A DNA stretch of 64,000 bases from Candidatus Omnitrophota bacterium. Its GTDB lineage: Bacteria > Omnitrophota > Gorgyraeia > Zapsychrales > Zapsychraceae. The notes beneath the pieces were generated by a model. The model had not been told where the DNA came from. It saw only the letters and a program-made list of their open reading frames with translations, and searched no databases. A program made the position numbers and the translations under genes. Below, piece by piece: positions 28,600-38,101 of the stretch (position 1 is its first letter; each line of letters starts with the position of its first letter). The stretch covers positions 89,533-153,532 of the forward strand of contig DATDQB010000023.1 in the NCBI GenBank assembly GCA_035292445.1, given 5' to 3'.

Positions 28600-30159
28600 T
28601 TTGACATTCTTGGCGTAGTATTCTTCATAAACCTCTTCATTTTCAACAGTTTGAAGAGGTTCTAACCGATTGTGGAGGGTTTGTACCTCTGGCGAGAGGT
28701 TTTGAAGGATCGAGAGGCTTTTCTCGACGTCAATTTGAAGTGTCCTATTCATAAGCGTGAGGTTCGAACCTAAACAGGCCAGAATCTCACGCTTTTCATT
28801 TAGGGAGCCTGTTTCAAATCGTTTTTTGGCTGTCTCAGCAAAAGAGAAGAGTTCCTCGGCTTTATTCATCCAAGATTTAACCCGGTCATTTGAATCCACA
28901 AGTAATGCCTCAAGTTTAGCTTTTTCCTGCATCAATTCCTTTTTCTTTCGCTCATACTCTTCAACGGAAATCTCCTCATTGATCCGCATATTGATGAGGT
29001 TGTCCAGTTTCCGGCGGTTGCCTTCCAGTTGTCTTTGTTGGGAAAAAATTACCTCTTCCCGGTCAACGACTTCCTTTTCCTGCTCTTCTTTAAGGTATTT
29101 CAGAGCCCATTTATGAAATGACGGCGGAATGCGAATGTTCTCCAAAACTTTCATGATCTCAGCTTCGAGGATTTCTTTTCGGACGGGCATCTGAGAGCAT
29201 TTCGGATTAATCCTCTTCGTGCAACGATAATAAGTATAATGATGAAAATTTCCGTTCTTCTGCCGCTTGAATTTCTCTTCGGCGGTGATGGAAGCTCCGC
29301 ATTCTCCACAACGGATTAAGCCGGTATAAGCGAAGGAATGAAATTTGGCCCGGGGGCGGCTTCGGTTGTCGATGATTAACTGAGCCAGATGGAAGTCTGA
29401 TTCGGAAATCATTGGCTCGTGTTTCCCCGGATAAATCTCACCAAGCCAAAGAAAGGAGCCATAATAAAAAGGATTGCGGAATAACCGAAAGAAGGCCGGT
29501 CGGCTTATGATCTTGCCGTCCTGTGTCTTTAAATTCATTTCCTTTGCAACAACATGAAGCTTTTCGAGTGAACATTTCTTTTGTAAAAGTGTTTCCCAAA
29601 GTTGTTTCAATGCCGGGAAAGAATCCGGGTCTCTGAAAATGGGGGGCAAGTCCGGCTGTTGATATTTGTTATTGAGATAGCCAAGAGGGGGACGGTGAGG
29701 ATACCAGCCGTTTTGAATCTTATTTCTGTGACCACGTTTTGCATTAACGCTAAGATCAATGATGTATTGGTTGGCCATGCCGAACTCAAGGCTCATCATC
29801 AAGACGTTATCTTGCGGGTAATAGCTCTTTTGAAAGGTCTGAATGTGCTTGATAAGGGCCTGTTGAAGCATCCAGCTGATTGTGCCTCCATCAATGGGAT
29901 TCCGGGCCAATCTGTCCAATTTCCAGCAAATGATACCATCAGCCACACCTTTATGAATATCGGCCACCATTTGGCTGAAAATGGGCCTTCCCGGGGCTTT
30001 GGCGGACTTTTCCTCAGTCAGGACATCAATGACCTTTAGATTGTATTTCTGGGCCAGCTTCTTGAGTTCGTCGATCTGGGAGGGGATAGAAGCGACCTGC
30101 CGGTCTTCGTTTTCGGAAGACTTTCGGGCATACAAGAAATAACGGGGAGGCAGGGTCAT
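28558..30159 (-). CDS. Large serine recombinase (resolvase/invertase catalytic domain + recombinase domain + zinc ribbon)
   Basis: The N-terminus (YARKSSENEDRQVASIPSQ) has the catalytic Ser context. DRLARN. A Cys-rich zinc ribbon (CGECGASI...YYRC). The last 42 nt overlap tRNA-Asp positions 37-78. Confidence 0.9.
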   Translation of the reverse strand: MTLPPRYFLYARKSSENEDRQVASIPSQIDELKKLAQKYNLKVIDVLTEEKSAKAPGRPIFSQMVADIHKGVADGIICWKLDRLARNPIDGGTISWMLQQALIKHIQTFQKSYYPQDNVLMMSLEFGMANQYIIDLSVNAKRGHRNKIQNGWYPHRPPLGYLNNKYQQPDLPPIFRDPDSFPALKQLWETLLQKKCSLEKLHVVAKEMNLKTQDGKIISRPAFFRLFRNPFYYGSFLWLGEIYPGKHEPMISESDFHLAQLIIDNRSRPRAKFHSFAYTGLIRCGECGASITAEEKFKRQKNGNFHHYTYYRCTKRINPKCSQMPVRKEILEAEIMKVLENIRIPPSFHKWALKYLKEEQEKEVVDREEVIFSQQRQLEGNRRKLDNLINMRINEEISVEEYERKKKELMQEKAKLEALLVDSNDRVKSWMNKAEELFSFAETAKKRFETGSLNEKREILACLGSNLTLMNRTLQIDVEKSLSILQNLSPEVQTLHNRLEPLQTVENEEVYEEYYAKNVKWRGRRDLNSRSSA

Positions 30160-30332
30160 TTTTTCTTAATTGATTTCAGGATTTTATCCAGCTCCGCTTT
30201 CTTGTAGAGCCGGTAATTATTCATGGGATGGCGGTAGGGTTTAAGTTTCCCAAGATTATCCCAATTACGCAGGGTTTGACCGGTCACTTTTAGATATTCA
30301 GCCGCTTCTTTGATCGTCATGTAATCGCTCAT
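30156..30332 (-). CDS. AlpA/Xis/MerR-like helix-turn-helix DNA-binding protein (58 aa)
   Basis: Hand translation: MSDYMTIKEAAEYLKVTGQTLRNWDNLGKLKPYRHPMNNYRLYKKAELDKILKSIKKK. The stop overlaps the recombinase start (ATGA). Confidence 0.6.
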   Translation of the reverse strand: MSDYMTIKEAAEYLKVTGQTLRNWDNLGKLKPYRHPMNNYRLYKKAELDKILKSIKKK

Positions 30333-30407
30333 GTTTATTTCTCCTTAACCTTATAAAACATTATAATCAATATTTCGTTAGGTTCAAGTGATTTATTGTT
30401 TAGAATT

Positions 30408-30959
30408 TTATGACTTATTGATATTTATCTGCTTTCCACCATCAGCCGCTATGTTGACTTGTAAAACCATGCCCTTGTTGAGCCTTCTTATCCTTGCAAG
30501 CGTTTCGATAGCCTTTAAATAGCGATTTTGATAGCGTGTCAAATTTTCCTGCCAATACTCTCCTGTACGGATGGAATACTCGCCGCCGGTCAATAGATTG
30601 TGCATTCTTCCTTCAGCATGGTTCATTCCAATCCAACAAAGCATAATCTGATCAATTATCAGTCGCTCGGATTGATCAGAGGTGTTATATCCCAGATTCT
30701 CTCTAATACTCATTACCTCTGCTTTAAGAATTAATTGTTGGGCATTGCTGGGGTTAAGTTTATCAATGAATTGCTCTAATAAACTCCCAGTATAACCTAT
30801 TCCGACTTGACAAAGAGATGGATTATTGCACACCATGTTTTCAGCTTCTCGCAAATCTTTAGAATCCGGTTTTTCTTTATCAATTTTGAAAAGAATGTCT
30901 AAAAACTTTTTAGTTTCATCCTTTAATAAGAATTCCTGCTGACTTTTATTAAATAACAT
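30408..30959 (-). CDS. Hypothetical protein (element cargo)
   Basis: 183-aa ORF, co-oriented and tightly spaced with its neighbours. No recognisable motif. Confidence 0.45.
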   Translation of the reverse strand: MLFNKSQQEFLLKDETKKFLDILFKIDKEKPDSKDLREAENMVCNNPSLCQVGIGYTGSLLEQFIDKLNPSNAQQLILKAEVMSIRENLGYNTSDQSERLIIDQIMLCWIGMNHAEGRMHNLLTGGEYSIRTGEYWQENLTRYQNRYLKAIETLARIRRLNKGMVLQVNIAADGGKQININKS

Positions 30960-30972
30960 ATCTATATGTCCT

Positions 30973-31467
30973 CTATTTGAATAGTTCTTTTGCTTGTTTA
31001 GCCGTGATACCTATATCCCGAAAAAGGCGGTCAAATTTATGACTCTCTTTAGAGCTCTCATAGGTTAGATTAAAGCAATGCCTACAACCGAAATATTTGC
31101 CGCTGGCCAGATACAGCACCCCAACCCGGCGATTGCACGAATAACCATTGACCACCAGAGGACAGATGAACCACCACCGGCGACCCCCGAAATGGCAGGA
31201 TGTCCAGACCAGTCGGGCCTTATAATCCAGTTCGGCCTTTTCACCGGAGTGCCTGTCGGTCTGTATGTACTGGAAACGGATATATTCGTCGCCTTCCACC
31301 GTTGAAATCACAAAACCAATGCTCCCGGTCTGTTCACCGTTTCGGCTCCAATTACACCCGCCCCAGTGTATACTGCCGTCAAAGTAGCGGTGCTGTTTAA
31401 GGAATTTGGTTGAAAGCGATTTGCATTCCTCGACCGTCCATCTGTTTGAATAAGACCATCTGCCCAT
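30973..31467 (-). CDS. Hypothetical protein (element cargo)
   Basis: 164-aa ORF with W/C-rich segments. No recognisable motif. Confidence 0.45.
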   Translation of the reverse strand: MGRWSYSNRWTVEECKSLSTKFLKQHRYFDGSIHWGGCNWSRNGEQTGSIGFVISTVEGDEYIRFQYIQTDRHSGEKAELDYKARLVWTSCHFGGRRWWFICPLVVNGYSCNRRVGVLYLASGKYFGCRHCFNLTYESSKESHKFDRLFRDIGITAKQAKELFK

Positions 31468-31501
31468 AAAATTGTTATCCTCTCAGAAATTTCCTAAATC
31501 A

Positions 31502-32035
31502 TTAGGGTTTTCTGTCAATAACACTAACAACCGTTCCATTGAAAAGCCGTTTAACCTCGTCAATCCGTTGAAGGGATTCGGCGTCTATCCCTTGAAGCAT
31601 TTCCAGTTCGTTCGGTGTGAAGCAATATGGATTATCCTTTGGGACGGCTGGGGCGGCAGTAAGCGGCTCACTGGGAATCTCTTTTATTTGCGGCGGAATA
31701 TCAATAACCTTTCGGGCGTGAGTTGATTGAATGTGTCCCAAACGTCCCAAAATATCCTTTTGAATAGGTTTATTCTCCGGCGTGGTAGGTGAGGGGTTCC
31801 AAATTTTGAAACCGCTTGGGACGCCGGTCTTAATCCCCGCCAGTTCAAAAATTCTCTGCCGGTGTTTGTGTCCATCGTTTCCCGGGAAGACCACACAGCC
31901 GAACCTGCCGCTTTGCTCAATGAAAAGGTGTTCGCCTTTGCGGTCGTTACCGGCTTCAGCGCAGGCTGGACAGCGGGCAATAACCTTTGTGCCGTGCTGT
32001 TTGACGTTTTCCAGTTTTGACAAGTCTATTCCCAT
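31502..32035 (-). CDS. CHC2-type zinc-finger protein (primase zinc-binding-domain-like)
   Basis: CPACAEAGNDRKGEHLF...GRFGCVVFPGNDGH matches the CP.C...H...F.C CHC2 primase zinc-finger pattern. It overlaps the primase gene end by 10 nt. Confidence 0.55.
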   Translation of the reverse strand: MGIDLSKLENVKQHGTKVIARCPACAEAGNDRKGEHLFIEQSGRFGCVVFPGNDGHKHRQRIFELAGIKTGVPSGFKIWNPSPTTPENKPIQKDILGRLGHIQSTHARKVIDIPPQIKEIPSEPLTAAPAVPKDNPYCFTPNELEMLQGIDAESLQRIDEVKRLFNGTVVSVIDRKP

Positions 32036-33957
32036 CCTTGCGGCTCCTGTCCTTTGAATTTGACCCGGCGGAATCCTTTGACCGATTTGCCGTCTCTGTG
32101 GATGGAGTGCGCCTTTGCCGTCCCAAACAATTCCAGCATTAAGCCTTCAAGTTCCCGGTAAACAACGGTAATGGGTTTGGGGTTCCATCCCATCGAAGGG
32201 CAGTACTCAGCGTATGCCTCAACGATTTCCGGGACGGATAAATCCAGATGATCGTCGCGCTCAATCCGGTCGCTCAGAAAATGGCACAGGCTGTCGCTTT
32301 CGGCCAGCAGGGCATCGACAACACCCTCTTGGGACGGGGGCATTTGAATGTCGCCGATTTGTTCGATGTCTTTAAGAAGTAAGCCTAAGCCTTCAAGGGC
32401 CCAGTTCAATATGCCGGAGCCTTCCTGTTGGATGAGGACATCCGCAAAGTCCGGGATTTTTTTGGCAGGTGGCGGGCCTTCAAACCGGCAGATCAAAAGA
32501 CGCCGTTTCCATGCCCCGATGTCGCCATCCAGTTTGACTTGCAGGCGTGAATTGGCCGTAATTACGATGCAGAAATTTCCTTTCATCTGGAAGTTGCCCG
32601 TGCCGCCTTTTTGCTCGGTATCAAACCAGTCGCCGCCTACCAAACCCTTGATTACATAAGCGCCTTTTTCGGAGAGGAATTTTCCCGGCACGTCAACACC
32701 GACCAAAAGCGTCTTTTTAAGATAGCGGTAAAGCTCAAACCGTTCGCTTAAATGCCGGGTACGTAGTTCCGTGACGTTAATCTGGCCGATGAGTTTCTGG
32801 ATGATGAGGGCAAGGGTTGACTTCCCCTGCCCGGGCTTGCCTTCAAGAATCAGAAACCGCTGGATGAGGTTATTGCCCAACAAGCAAAGCCCGATATATT
32901 TCTGGATGATAAGCGCGTCCTCGACAGTGACGGCGGGCAGTAACAGGTCATTTAAAAACCGTTCGCACCGGACGCTGGCATCAAAAGCAATCGGGCAGTA
33001 ATTGCGGGAGAAAAGATCAGGTGAGAAGGGCAAAAGGTCGGCCTCTTTATTGTCTTTGAAGACAATCACACCGTTGGCCAGATGCACGTAATTGGATGTT
33101 TTCTGGAAAGCGTGCCGTCTCTCGCAGATGCCTTTGAGTTGCGCCACGATGTGATTGAGTGTCGTGGCCGTACGTTTGGTTTCAAGTGCCGGAAGCGAGT
33201 TTTCGCGTGAGACAGCCAGCAGACGTTCGGCGATTTCGTTTTTGATGAGGTGTTCGGTGATGTCGGTGTAAATTCCCGTCTTGTCATCGTAGCGGTAGAA
33301 ACCTCGTTCATCCGGCTCATAGAGCTGGATATGTTCGGCGTTATGCAGTCCGGCCCAGAAACTTTGATTGATGCCTGTAAGATTTCCGTCTTTGTTGAAA
33401 TAATACGGCTGGCCATATTGATCCACCAAAGCGCAGAATGCAGGGTCATTGTCCGCTGGCGTTTCCGTGTCTTGTTCCGGGATGTAGTCGGCAAGGATTT
33501 TTAACAGATCGTCCACGCTGATTGATGCGATAGGCTCATCCTGTTCAACCATATAGGCCGTTTCAGTGTCCGGGTGAATAGAGCCGGGCCCCACAACCTG
33601 AGAACCGTGCGAGATAATCTCACCGTGATCCTGATCGTCTTTCTTGAGTTTGATTTTTTTATCAATGCCCGGGCAAATCAGATAAAAATGAACACCTTTT
33701 TTTGGTGTCTTGACGGTAAACGTCAACGGAAAATGTTCCTTTGCATAAGCGACCATCTCAGGAGAGTCGGCATCAACAATGACCAGATTGCCGCATCCAC
33801 CCAGAACGCCGTAATTATTTCCTTCATTGAACCATTGTTGAATGTCGGTCAATGAGTGAGGATGATTCGGCCAGTTTTTTTCAAAAGGCTTCTTGGATTT
33901 TGGAAGTAGTTTTACAAAACCAAAATCAGGATTGTGTAATTGTTGGGGGATGGTCAT
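32026..33957 (-). CDS. Bifunctional PrimPol N-terminal domain + phage/plasmid P4-type primase C-terminal NTPase (D5-like)
   Basis: The N-terminal PrimPol motif is YGVLGGCGNLVIVDADSPE...GVHFY. The C-terminus has a Walker A (GKPGQGKST) and a D5_N-like region. Confidence 0.8.
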   Translation of the reverse strand: MTIPQQLHNPDFGFVKLLPKSKKPFEKNWPNHPHSLTDIQQWFNEGNNYGVLGGCGNLVIVDADSPEMVAYAKEHFPLTFTVKTPKKGVHFYLICPGIDKKIKLKKDDQDHGEIISHGSQVVGPGSIHPDTETAYMVEQDEPIASISVDDLLKILADYIPEQDTETPADNDPAFCALVDQYGQPYYFNKDGNLTGINQSFWAGLHNAEHIQLYEPDERGFYRYDDKTGIYTDITEHLIKNEIAERLLAVSRENSLPALETKRTATTLNHIVAQLKGICERRHAFQKTSNYVHLANGVIVFKDNKEADLLPFSPDLFSRNYCPIAFDASVRCERFLNDLLLPAVTVEDALIIQKYIGLCLLGNNLIQRFLILEGKPGQGKSTLALIIQKLIGQINVTELRTRHLSERFELYRYLKKTLLVGVDVPGKFLSEKGAYVIKGLVGGDWFDTEQKGGTGNFQMKGNFCIVITANSRLQVKLDGDIGAWKRRLLICRFEGPPPAKKIPDFADVLIQQEGSGILNWALEGLGLLLKDIEQIGDIQMPPSQEGVVDALLAESDSLCHFLSDRIERDDHLDLSVPEIVEAYAEYCPSMGWNPKPITVVYRELEGLMLELFGTAKAHSIHRDGKSVKGFRRVKFKGQEPQGWE

Positions 33958-34110
33958 TATGAGAACCTTTACATGATGGTTTTACGACGGCTTTAAAGAA
34001 GCGCAGGAAACTTTCCGCCCGGGCCGCGGCCTCATCAAAAGCCAGCGCCTCGCCGCATTCTTTGAAATAGATTTCCTGAAATTCTTTGATCGCTTGTTCG
34101 CTTAGCATGA

Positions 34111-34158
34111 TTTATTTGGGCAATAATAAAAGATTCCGTAACATTTGCTTACGGAATC
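34111..34158 (-). terminator. Rho-independent terminator (minus strand) after the 385-aa hypothetical gene
   Basis: Perfect 10-bp inverted repeat gattccgtaa/ttacggaatc, followed on the minus strand by a U-rich tract. Confidence 0.6.
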
Positions 34159-34269
34159 AAGTATAGAGACGAATCAAAAATGTTGTAGATTGATAAACGG
34201 AAGGTTTTTTAAGGTTTTCTATATATAAAGAAAAATCGGGAAAGGCAGGATGTTTCTGTATGGCAAGGC

Positions 34270-35427
34270 TTAATATCCAGGGATTTCTTTACGGGCTTTC
34301 TTAATCCATTCCCTTTTTGCTTTTAATCTTTTTGTCTTATGGCGGGAATAATCTTTCTTGCTGTGGTATTGTCCAAAGCAATTTCTGCCGTCCGTGGTTT
34401 TATTGCAGAATTTCTTGTTGCGGAAATACCTTGCTAATAAACGACAATGCGCGCACTCAATGAGTTGATGATTGGCCTTCATGTCATCTATCAGGCTGTC
34501 GAAAAATAAACCAATAAAATCTACCACTGGATTGGCGGAGGTGTTTCTACGATATAGGATGAAGTTGTTTGCTTCTTCAAAGAACTTCTTGGATATTTTT
34601 TTCTTCTCCTTCCAGAGATGGCATAAACAAGCGACATTTTCAATCAAAGCCTCAAATTCCGCGTCTTTCAGATAAATGAATTCATTCGTGTTTTCGATAA
34701 GCTTTTTGCCGGCAAAGAGAAATTGGCGGATATCGTCCTCGTCAAATTCTTCCTGTAGATAATAAGCAGCGAGAACGTTGAAGGAAGGTTTGGGATTTAA
34801 AGAAATAATCGTATTCTTTAAATCGGACTTCAAATCATCAAAATTTTGATAGTTATCAATACCGCTTGAATCGTCTTTGTTGATTCTGGCTGCGCAGATT
34901 TTACCGGGGCGAATTTTAATGCCGAATAGAAATTTATCAGGGCTTTCGGCGATACACTCTTTCAAATAGGCTTCATTTTGCGGGACATCTTTCAAAGGAA
35001 ATATTGATTTTTTCATACTCTCGACTTTTGATTTGATCAAGTCGTCATAGTCCTTCTCAATAGAATCCTTTGCGGCGGCGTTTATAGATTGAAGGTGATA
35101 TTCTTTTAAATACTGGGCATAGGTCTGGGGGTTGTGAGGTATACCTTCCTTTTTAAGAAGGCGCGGGTGTTGCGCTATGAAATAAGTCATTTCATACTGG
35201 GCATCCACAACATATCCGAGCTTTTTCATCTTTTTATCGTGAAAGGTTATATCAATCACAAAAGAATCAAAGTCAGTGCCGTATTCATAAATCCTGTAGC
35301 GCTGATACGTTTCAGCGCAGAATTTACAGTGATCGTAATCGTCATGAATATAGATGAATTTGTCAGCTTGCCTTATCTCTGGCATATTTATAATAGTTGG
35401 CTTGGTTAAGTCGCCCAGAATTTTCAT
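34270..35427 (-). CDS. Hypothetical protein, AT-rich cargo gene divergent from hsdM
   Basis: 385-aa ORF with a K/E/D/Y-rich composition. CxxC (HCKFC) near the N-terminus and CAHC near the C-terminus. No recognisable catalytic motif. Confidence 0.55.
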   Translation of the reverse strand: MKILGDLTKPTIINMPEIRQADKFIYIHDDYDHCKFCAETYQRYRIYEYGTDFDSFVIDITFHDKKMKKLGYVVDAQYEMTYFIAQHPRLLKKEGIPHNPQTYAQYLKEYHLQSINAAAKDSIEKDYDDLIKSKVESMKKSIFPLKDVPQNEAYLKECIAESPDKFLFGIKIRPGKICAARINKDDSSGIDNYQNFDDLKSDLKNTIISLNPKPSFNVLAAYYLQEEFDEDDIRQFLFAGKKLIENTNEFIYLKDAEFEALIENVACLCHLWKEKKKISKKFFEEANNFILYRRNTSANPVVDFIGLFFDSLIDDMKANHQLIECAHCRLLARYFRNKKFCNKTTDGRNCFGQYHSKKDYSRHKTKRLKAKREWIKKARKEIPGY

Positions 35428-35484
35428 AGAAAATGACTATTTTTATATTATAATGTTTTATAATCTTTTTGTAAAGGAGCGGTA

Positions 35485-36948
35485 ATGTTTGAACAGACCT
35501 TTAAAAATATTGACGATATTCTGCATAAAGATGCCGGTTGTTCCAGTGAGCTGGATTATGTGGAGCAGACTTCATGGGTGCTTTTCATGAAGTATCTGGA
35601 TGACCTTGAGAAGGACAAGAAAACCTCGGCCAAGCTGGCGGGAAAGACCTATATAAACATCATCGGCCCCGAATACCGCTGGGACGTTTGGGCGACACCT
35701 AAAGACAAAGACGGCAAGCTGGATCATCATAAAGCCCTTACCGGCGATGACCTAAAAGATTTTGTTGATCACAAGCTGTCTCCCTATCTGAAAAAGTTTA
35801 AGACCAGCGCTCTGGGCCCGGACACTATTGAATACAAGATCGGCGAAATCTTCAGCGAGCTTAAAAACAAAATCCAGAGCGGCTATAACCTTCGCGAGGT
35901 CATCAATCTTGTTGATGAGCTCCGCTTCCGCTCCCATGTCGAAAAGCATGAGATGTCGCATCTCTACGAAGACAAGATTAAAAACATGGGCAACGCGGGC
36001 AGAAACGGCGGCGAATATTACACACCCCGTCCGCTGATTAAAACGATTGTCAAGGTGGTCGCGCCTGAAATCGGCGACAAAATTTATGACGGCGCTGTCG
36101 GTTCGGCAGGCTTCTTGTGCGAGGCCTTTGAATATCTGAAATCCAAAAAGAACCTCACCACCAAAGACGCCCAAACACTTCAGAAAAACACTTTCTACGG
36201 TAAAGAAAAAAAGTCGCTCGCCTACATCATCGGCACGATGAACATGATCCTGCACGGCATTGAAGCGCCCAATATTGTGCATACCAACACGCTGGCCGAG
36301 AACATCATGGACATTCAGGAAAAAGACCGCTATTCAATCGTGCTGGCAAATCCGCCTTTTGGCGGAAAGGAACGCAAGGAAGTCCAGCAGAACTTCCCCA
36401 TCAAGACCGGCGAGACCGCGTTTTTGTTCTTACAACATTTCATCAAGATTCTCAAAGCCGGAGGCCGGGCCGGTGTGGTCATCAAGAACACCTTTCTTTC
36501 AAACACGGACAACGCCTCGATCAGTCTTCGGAAACTCTTGCTGGAAAGCTGTAATCTGCACACGGTGCTTGACCTGCCCGGCGGCACATTCACCGGCGCG
36601 GGTGTCAAGACCGTGGTGCTGTTTTTTGAAAAAGGCGCGCCGACAAAAAAGGTCTGGTTTTACCAGCTTAATCTTGACCGTAACCTCGGCAAGACCAATC
36701 CGCTTAATGAAAACGATCTGGCGGAATTTGTGAAGTTGCAAAAGACCAAAGCGGATTCGGAAAACTCATGGACGGTCAATGTGGCGGATGTTGACAAAAC
36801 GACCTTTGATTTATCCGTCAAGAACCCGCACAGAAAAGATGAAACAGCGTTGCGCGAGCCAAAGGAAATATTGACCTCAATGAAGAAGCTGGACAAAGAG
36901 AGCGAGCAAATCTTAAACGGTATTTTAGAGATGATCCATGAAAAATAA
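35485..36948 (+). CDS. hsdM: Type I restriction-modification system DNA methyltransferase subunit
   Basis: HsdM N-terminal domain. N6-adenine MTase motif IV NPPFGG and motif I region (DGAVGSAGFL). Confidence 0.9.
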   Translation: MFEQTFKNIDDILHKDAGCSSELDYVEQTSWVLFMKYLDDLEKDKKTSAKLAGKTYINIIGPEYRWDVWATPKDKDGKLDHHKALTGDDLKDFVDHKLSPYLKKFKTSALGPDTIEYKIGEIFSELKNKIQSGYNLREVINLVDELRFRSHVEKHEMSHLYEDKIKNMGNAGRNGGEYYTPRPLIKTIVKVVAPEIGDKIYDGAVGSAGFLCEAFEYLKSKKNLTTKDAQTLQKNTFYGKEKKSLAYIIGTMNMILHGIEAPNIVHTNTLAENIMDIQEKDRYSIVLANPPFGGKERKEVQQNFPIKTGETAFLFLQHFIKILKAGGRAGVVIKNTFLSNTDNASISLRKLLLESCNLHTVLDLPGGTFTGAGVKTVVLFFEKGAPTKKVWFYQLNLDRNLGKTNPLNENDLAEFVKLQKTKADSENSWTVNVADVDKTTFDLSVKNPHRKDETALREPKEILTSMKKLDKESEQILNGILEMIHEK

Positions 36949-38101
36949 CTGGCCTATAGGAAAACTTGGCGAAGTTTGTGAAATAAGCACTGGGAAATCT
37001 AATGCTAATGAAGCAGTGGAAGATGGTGAATATGCTTTCTTTGATAGATCGAAAACAATTAAGAAAAGCGTCCGATTCCTTTTCGATTGCGAGGCAATAA
37101 TCATTCCGGGGGAGGGGCAAGAATTTTTTCCTAAATACTATAAAGGAAAATTTGATTTACACCAACGGGCGTATGCACTGTACAATTTCAACGAAAAAGT
37201 CGATATTCAATTTATTTATAAATATCTAATCCATTTTCATAAATATTTTGAAAATGTTGCAGTGGGGGCTACCGCAAAGTCATTAAGATTGCGACATTTT
37301 GAAGAGTTGCCCTTTCCGCTTCCATCACGCTCTGAACAAAAACAAATCGTTAAAGCTTTGGATGATGTTTTTGAAAAGACCTCTAAAGCCAAAGAAAACG
37401 CCGAGAAGAATCTGCAAAACGCCCACGAGCTTTTTGAATCGTATTTGCAAAACGTTTTTGCCAATCCGGGGGATGGGTGGGAAGATAAGCCGTTAAGTGA
37501 AATAACTACAAAAATTGGAAGCGGTGCAACACCCCGTGGAGGAAATAAAAGCTATAAAACAGAAGGCATTTCGTTGATCAGGAGTATGAATGTTCACGAT
37601 TTTGAGTTTAGAGAGAGAAACCTTGCTTTTATTGATGACCAACAAGCAAAAGAATTGAATAATGTTACGCTTCAAGAGAACGATGTTTTATTAAATATTA
37701 CAGGAGCTTCTGTGGCAAGATGTTGTGTTATCCCGAAGGAATATTTACCCGCAAGAGTTAATCAGCATGTTTCAATCATTAGAGCAAAGAAGGAAATTAT
37801 TGACCCAATTTTTCTAGGTTTATTATTAACGTCTAAATTCTATAAAGATCAATTGTTGTTTACTGGTGAACAAGGAGCGACAAGACAGGCAATTACAAAG
37901 GCACAATTAGAAGTTTTTAAGATAGTTTTTCCAAAATCATTGAATGAACAACAAGCCATTGTAAGAAAACTTGACATCCTTTCAATTGAAACCAAAAAGC
38001 TCGAGGCCATTTATCAGCAAAAATTAGCTGATTTGGAAGAATTGAAGAAATCCGTTTTACAGAGAGCTTTTAACGGCGAATTATCGGGGGCGCGGGGATG
38101 A
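36938..38101 (+). CDS. hsdS: Type I restriction-modification system specificity subunit
   Basis: Two target-recognition domains separated by conserved central and C-terminal coiled-coil repeats. Overlaps hsdM by 11 nt and hsdR by 4 nt. Confidence 0.85.
   Translation: MKNNWPIGKLGEVCEISTGKSNANEAVEDGEYAFFDRSKTIKKSVRFLFDCEAIIIPGEGQEFFPKYYKGKFDLHQRAYALYNFNEKVDIQFIYKYLIHFHKYFENVAVGATAKSLRLRHFEELPFPLPSRSEQKQIVKALDDVFEKTSKAKENAEKNLQNAHELFESYLQNVFANPGDGWEDKPLSEITTKIGSGATPRGGNKSYKTEGISLIRSMNVHDFEFRERNLAFIDDQQAKELNNVTLQENDVLLNITGASVARCCVIPKEYLPARVNQHVSIIRAKKEIIDPIFLGLLLTSKFYKDQLLFTGEQGATRQAITKAQLEVFKIVFPKSLNEQQAIVRKLDILSIETKKLEAIYQQKLADLEELKKSVLQRAFNGELSGARG

Noticed and set aside
33926-34108. 60-aa minus-strand ORF overlapping the primase start
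   Set aside because: It is short, overlaps the primase N-terminus by 32 nt, and has no motif. It could be a small regulatory peptide, but the evidence is insufficient.
35752-36282. 176-aa minus-strand ORF inside hsdM
   Set aside because: It is antisense to hsdM, which has unambiguous MTase motifs.
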